In this document: positions 59,590-64,000 of the stretch, piece after piece
Numbering within the stretch: the first letter of the stretch is position 1
Layout: each line of letters starts with the position of its first letter
From: Thermoplasmatota archaeon
Lineage (GTDB): Archaea; Thermoplasmatota; JAKEGO01
Reading direction: 5' to 3'
Length of the DNA: 64,000 nt
NCBI GenBank assembly: GCA_028279595.1
Contig: JANQNK010000001.1
Coordinates: forward strand, 96,001 to 160,000
Translations under genes and position numbers: made by a program
Notes under the pieces: generated by a model
What the model was told of the DNA's origin: nothing
The model's input: only the letters and a program-made list of their open reading frames with translations
Databases searched by the model: none

Positions 59590-61263
59590 CTAGAACTCGC
59601 CCCTTTCCTTCACGAGCTCCATGGTCCTGTCGTACAACGGGACAGCCTCATTCTCTATCTCCTCCGCTCGTGAGAGAAGCTCGGACGAGACCGTTTCGTC
59701 GACGATCTCCTTGACATTGATCCTCACGTTGAGTCCCGCGCATCTCACCGCGGCAAGCCCCATTATCGCTGCTGAACCGGCGTCGCTGAGCGCACCAGGG
59801 TTCCCGACGACGGCGACCTTATCGGCCAGCCTCATCATCTCGAGGGCCCTCTCCATGGTCTCGAGGGGGACCTTCGCCGCTCCGACGTACGCCTTCTGGA
59901 CCGCTTCGTCCCTTGCGGCGATCTCCTCGTTGGTCTTCTTCTTCATCCTGAAGGCGGCCATGACGTCATTGAAGGCCTCGGTGTCGATATCCACGAGGGC
60001 GATCATTCTCGCCTGAAGGGCCTGGGCCTCGTCCCCCAGTGCTGCCATCTCGACCATGTGGTCCTCCATGCCCTTCTTCCTGTGGGTGAGAGTGGCGACC
60101 ATGGATGTCAGACCGGCGCCCATAGCGCCTGCGAGGGAAGCGACGCTTCCACCACCGGGGGCGGGCGACTCGCGTGAGAGCTCGTCCACGAAGTCATGGA
60201 CCGTCATGGCGGTCAGGTTCTCCTCAGCCGTTATAAGCTCGATAATCCTCTCTTCGGGGACGAACGACGAGAACTCGTTCAACCCCATGGATGTGATCGC
60301 CATTTCGATGAGGTCGCTGTCCGGGACGCCGGTGGTCTTCCCCTGCTTCTCGAGGTAGTACCGTCCGGCCTCGATCATCGGTTCGAGGGGGACGAGTCCG
60401 ATTATCTCGCTCCCAGTGATGCGGACACCTATCTTCTCCGCCTCCTCGACGCACGTCTCGAAGACCACGTGGAGGGGGGTGACCTTGTAGTTTATGAGAT
60501 TGATGGAGACCTGTGCGCGCGAGTACTCATCGATGAACCATCCAATGGCCTTCACCGCCTTGAGGCGGCCAGGCTTCTTGATGGCGACACCGTCGTCGTC
60601 CCTGACGATCTCGCCGGCCTCGTCACGGAGCGCCCTTCCGCGCTCCCTGATCTCGAAGGCGATCTCCCTGGCGTGCTTCGTGTCGGTCGAATTGACATTC
60701 ACGTTGTAGGCGATCAGGAACTCGCGGGCTCCCATGACCGTCGCACCGCTCTTCGCAACCTTGTCGTCGAAGGTCTTGGGTCCGTAGTCGGGAACCCATT
60801 CGGCATCGCCCATCTTGGCCTCGAGCCCCTCGTACTGCCCCTTCCTCACCTCGGCGAGGTTCTTCCTGTGGGGAGCGCTTGCCGATGATTCGTAGAGATA
60901 GACGGGAATGCCCTCCGCACCGACACGCTCGCCGACGCGCTTCGATATCCCGATGCAGTCCTCCATGGTCGCGCCGGATACCGGCACGAACGGGCAGACG
61001 TCGGTCGCTCCCATCCTCGGGTGGGCTCCCTCGTGGACCGACATGTCGATGAGCTCCGAGGCCCGGACGATCATCCTGTACGCAGCTTCCTCCACTCCCT
61101 CGGGTGGACCGATGAACGTGACGACTGTCCTGTTGGTGGCGTCTCCGATCTCGATATCGAGCACCTTCACGCCCTCGACCGACGATATCGTGGCAACGAT
61201 GTCGTCAATGACGTCCTTGTTCCGTCCCTCGCTGAAGTTCGGCACGCATTCCACGAGCGCCAT
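59590..61263 (-). CDS. ftcD: Glutamate formiminotransferase / formiminotetrahydrofolate cyclodeaminase
   Basis: LVECVPNFSEGR, HPRMGATDVCPF, GAREFLIAYN, SPAPGGGSVA, NVRIN. Confidence 0.96.
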   Translation of the reverse strand: MALVECVPNFSEGRNKDVIDDIVATISSVEGVKVLDIEIGDATNRTVVTFIGPPEGVEEAAYRMIVRASELIDMSVHEGAHPRMGATDVCPFVPVSGATMEDCIGISKRVGERVGAEGIPVYLYESSASAPHRKNLAEVRKGQYEGLEAKMGDAEWVPDYGPKTFDDKVAKSGATVMGAREFLIAYNVNVNSTDTKHAREIAFEIRERGRALRDEAGEIVRDDDGVAIKKPGRLKAVKAIGWFIDEYSRAQVSINLINYKVTPLHVVFETCVEEAEKIGVRITGSEIIGLVPLEPMIEAGRYYLEKQGKTTGVPDSDLIEMAITSMGLNEFSSFVPEERIIELITAEENLTAMTVHDFVDELSRESPAPGGGSVASLAGAMGAGLTSMVATLTHRKKGMEDHMVEMAALGDEAQALQARMIALVDIDTEAFNDVMAAFRMKKKTNEEIAARDEAVQKAYVGAAKVPLETMERALEMMRLADKVAVVGNPGALSDAGSAAIMGLAAVRCAGLNVRINVKEIVDETVSSELLSRAEEIENEAVPLYDRTMELVKERGEF

Positions 61264-61409
61264 GGGGTATCACCGGCGCTCGATACATGGGTTCGCTATT
61301 TAACCGTTTCCAAACAGCCCCAAGGACGGATCGGGGGTACTGGGTCCTCCAGATGGCTCTGAAGAGCGGGAACAGTCAGGTTTTTATCCCATCAGCCGGC
61401 TTCGAGGTC

Positions 61410-61643
61410 ATGGAGACAGACTACTGGGTATACTCCGACGTCATTCGGAAGCGCTCTACGGTGCATACCGGGAGATGCCCCTACTGCAACAAGGGCCGCG
61501 GTTTCCACCACCTTGTCTCCGGCCGCACCGGCGGCGAGTGGAGCGGTCCGTTCTTCACGATCGAAGAAGCGAACGACTTCGCCTCCGGGCTTGAGAGCCC
61601 TGTTCATCTCTGCACTCACTGCATGAAAGAGATCGAGCAGTGA
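61410..61643 (+). CDS. Small Cys/His metal-binding protein
   Basis: VHTGRCPYCN..WSGPF..CTHC; GAGGT before the ATG. Confidence 0.65.
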   Translation: METDYWVYSDVIRKRSTVHTGRCPYCNKGRGFHHLVSGRTGGEWSGPFFTIEEANDFASGLESPVHLCTHCMKEIEQ

Positions 61644-61803
61644 GCGAACGAGATCTGTTCTCATTTCGTGAAAGAGGACGCGCTGGACGACGATCCAGGT
61701 CAGGTCGTCGACACATCTCACCATGGCCGGTCATTGGAAAAGGTCATTACCCGACCCACATCCTTATCTATTTGAAACCTTATCATTAGGCCCCGTTGAT
61801 ACG

Positions 61804-63411
61804 ATGAAATATATTGTGGTCACGGGCGGTGTTTTGTCTGGCCTTGGCAAGGGTATACTCGCTTCATCGATAGGTCTGCTCCTGAAGAGCTGCGGGTTGA
61901 CGGTGACCGCGGTCAAGATCGATCCATATCTCAACTGCGACGCTGGTACGATGAACCCCTACCAGCACGGCGAGGTCTACGTGATGGACGACGGCGGCGA
62001 GGTTGACCTCGACCTCGGCAACTACGAGCGGTTCCTGGACATCAGCATGGGCAGGGACAACAATATCACGACCGGAAAGGCGTACCTCAATGTCATCCAG
62101 AAGGAGAGGAAGGGCGACTACCTCGGCCACACGGTCCAGATCATCCCCCACGTCACGAACGAGATCCGCGAGATGATATTCAACGTCGGCAAGGAGTCCG
62201 GCGCGGATGCGATGATAATCGAGCTCGGCGGGACCGTGGGCGACATCGAGTCCATGCCCTTCGTCGAGGCCCTCCGCCAGATGAGGTCGGAACTGAAGCG
62301 CGAGGACATAATCTTCGTCCACACGACCCTGGTCCCTGTGATGGGCGTGGTCGGGGAACAGAAGACGAAGCCCACCCAGCACAGCGTGAAGACCCTCATG
62401 TCCCTGGGAATTCATCCGGACATGGTCGGCGCCCGGTGCACCGATCCGCTGGCCACGGAGACCAGGAGGAAGATATCCCTGTTCTGCGACGTTCCCGACG
62501 AGGCCGTGTTGAGCGTCCACGACGTCGAGAACATTCACGAGGTGCCCCTCCTCCTGGAGGACCAGGGGGTCACAGATTACGTCAAGAGGTTCCTCCACCT
62601 GGACATACCCGAACCCGACCTCGAGAAGTGGGCCGAGTACGTGGACATCCTCAAGAACGCTGAACAGACCGTAAGGATCGCTCTCATCGGGAAGTATACC
62701 CATCTGAAGGACTCCTACATCAGCCACATGAAGGCCCTGAACCACGCGGGTGTGGAGAACGGCGTCAAACTCGACTTCCACTGGGTGGAGGCGGGGGATC
62801 TGGAGAAGTCGGGTGACACCTCCGTCCTTGACGGATGCGACGGGATCCTCGTCCCAGGCGGGTTCGGCTATCGCGGCGCCGAGGGGAAGATGCTGGCGAT
62901 CCAGTATTCCCGGGAGAACAACATCCCCTACCTGGGCCTGTGCTTCGGGATGCAGCTGGCGGTCATCGAGTTCGCACGGAACGTCGTTGGATGGGAGGAT
63001 GCGACGAGCGGCGAGTTCGTCGAAGAGTTCGGGATCGAATCTGAGCACAGGGTGATAGACCTCATGCCCGAACAGAACGGGATCGACGAGATGGGAGCCA
63101 CCATGCGGCTGGGAGCCCAGAACGTCTATCTGAAGGAGGGGACCATGGTCCACGGCCTGTACGGTTCCACAGAGATATCCGAACGCCACAGGCACAGGTA
63201 CGAGGTGACGCCGGAGTACATACCCGCCATCGAGGGGGCCGGGATGTTGTTCTCGGGGAACGATGGAGGGATCAGGATGGAGTGTGTCGAGATACCCGGC
63301 CACCCCTTCTTCCTGGCGACCCAGTTCCATCCGGAGTTCAAATCCCGTCCGTGGGGCGCATCGCCGCCGTTCAAGGGATTCGTTAGAGCGGCCAAGGAGA
63401 GGACAGGATGA
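61804..63411 (+). CDS. pyrG: CTP synthase
   Basis: [45 protein letters not shown]. Confidence 0.98.
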   Translation: MKYIVVTGGVLSGLGKGILASSIGLLLKSCGLTVTAVKIDPYLNCDAGTMNPYQHGEVYVMDDGGEVDLDLGNYERFLDISMGRDNNITTGKAYLNVIQKERKGDYLGHTVQIIPHVTNEIREMIFNVGKESGADAMIIELGGTVGDIESMPFVEALRQMRSELKREDIIFVHTTLVPVMGVVGEQKTKPTQHSVKTLMSLGIHPDMVGARCTDPLATETRRKISLFCDVPDEAVLSVHDVENIHEVPLLLEDQGVTDYVKRFLHLDIPEPDLEKWAEYVDILKNAEQTVRIALIGKYTHLKDSYISHMKALNHAGVENGVKLDFHWVEAGDLEKSGDTSVLDGCDGILVPGGFGYRGAEGKMLAIQYSRENNIPYLGLCFGMQLAVIEFARNVVGWEDATSGEFVEEFGIESEHRVIDLMPEQNGIDEMGATMRLGAQNVYLKEGTMVHGLYGSTEISERHRHRYEVTPEYIPAIEGAGMLFSGNDGGIRMECVEIPGHPFFLATQFHPEFKSRPWGASPPFKGFVRAAKERTG

Positions 63412-63791
63412 CGGTAAAGAAGGTTTCCGTCGAGATCGAGGGGGACCATTTCATAGGAACGGACGAATTCGGTTCCATCCGTCTGGATTATTTCGAGAAG
63501 GGGATCACGCCGATCAAAGCTCTGATGGCGTCGGCCGCCACCTGTAGCATCATGGACATCAAACAGGTCCTAGGGAAGCGCAAGGTCGAGTACTCGGTGT
63601 TGAAGGCTGACGTGGAGGCCGTGAAGGAGGACGATCCCGCAAGGCTGACGAAGCTTCACATCATTTTCACGACCGACGCCCCGCTGACGGAGATGGAGCG
63701 GGCTGTCAAGCTCTCGATCGATAGGTACTGCACTGTTGTGAACACTATCAAGGGCGTCACCGATGTGACGACCGAGATCATCATTGTATGA
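63408..63791 (+). CDS. OsmC family protein
   Basis: [21 protein letters not shown]. Confidence 0.85.
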   Translation: MTVKKVSVEIEGDHFIGTDEFGSIRLDYFEKGITPIKALMASAATCSIMDIKQVLGKRKVEYSVLKADVEAVKEDDPARLTKLHIIFTTDAPLTEMERAVKLSIDRYCTVVNTIKGVTDVTTEIIIV

Positions 63792-64000
63792 TCAGGGTAG
63801 AACGGACCCTGGCATCTTTCCGTCCTTGGTCAATACGACGACCCTCGATTCTGGCTTCTCCTTTGCAATGACGTAGCCGGTGGCGTCCTCCATCCTACGG
63901 GCGAAGTCCCTCACCTCGTCCTGCGACGGCATGTTGTCAATCGTCATCCTCATCCTCGAGTACCCGACAAAGACGTATCCCTTGGCCTCGATGAAGTCCG
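63792..64000 (-). CDS. taw1: 4-demethylwyosine synthase Taw1/TYW1, C-terminal part (runs off window)
   Basis: Hand translation DFIEAKGYVFVGYSRMRMTIDNMPSQDEVRDFA...GY...ESRVVVL. Confidence 0.85.
   Translation of the reverse strand, partial: DFIEAKGYVFVGYSRMRMTIDNMPSQDEVRDFARRMEDATGYVIAKEKPESRVVVLTKDGKMPGSVLP

Overview
High-GC archaeal chromosomal segment. It is euryarchaeal and probably from an uncultured Thermoplasmatota lineage (inferred from the Kae1-Bud32 fusion, Csl4, Taw1, Hel308, phosphopantothenate synthetase, bacterial-type iPGM/PurA/Adk/FtcD, OPT transporter and membrane-anchored wHTH regulator). Core genes: gpmI, csl4, purA, kae1/bud32, gltX, nadE, adk, psd-pssA, pheS, hel308, rpl11, ftcD, pyrG, partial taw1, tRNA-Asp(GTC) and tRNA-Arg(TCT). 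Cell-surface content: a complete single-archaellin archaellum cluster (flaB-C/D/E-F-G-H-I-J) followed by a sulfotransferase fusion, and three giant type-I membrane proteins, one with an integrin-alpha-like FG-GAP propeller on 12 cadherin-like repeats. No CRISPR array, transposase or integrase is visible. The most unusual signal is that both tRNA genes have a co-oriented, adjacent 100-125 nt multi-hairpin element that shares terminal sequence with that tRNA and closes with an acceptor-like stem but lacks a canonical tRNA fold. These are candidate tRNA-derived ncRNAs or tRNA-targeting mini-elements. Also notable: two genes apparently starting at ACG/ATC, two microproteins below the ORF-track cutoff, and a gene whose composition switches abruptly mid-frame.
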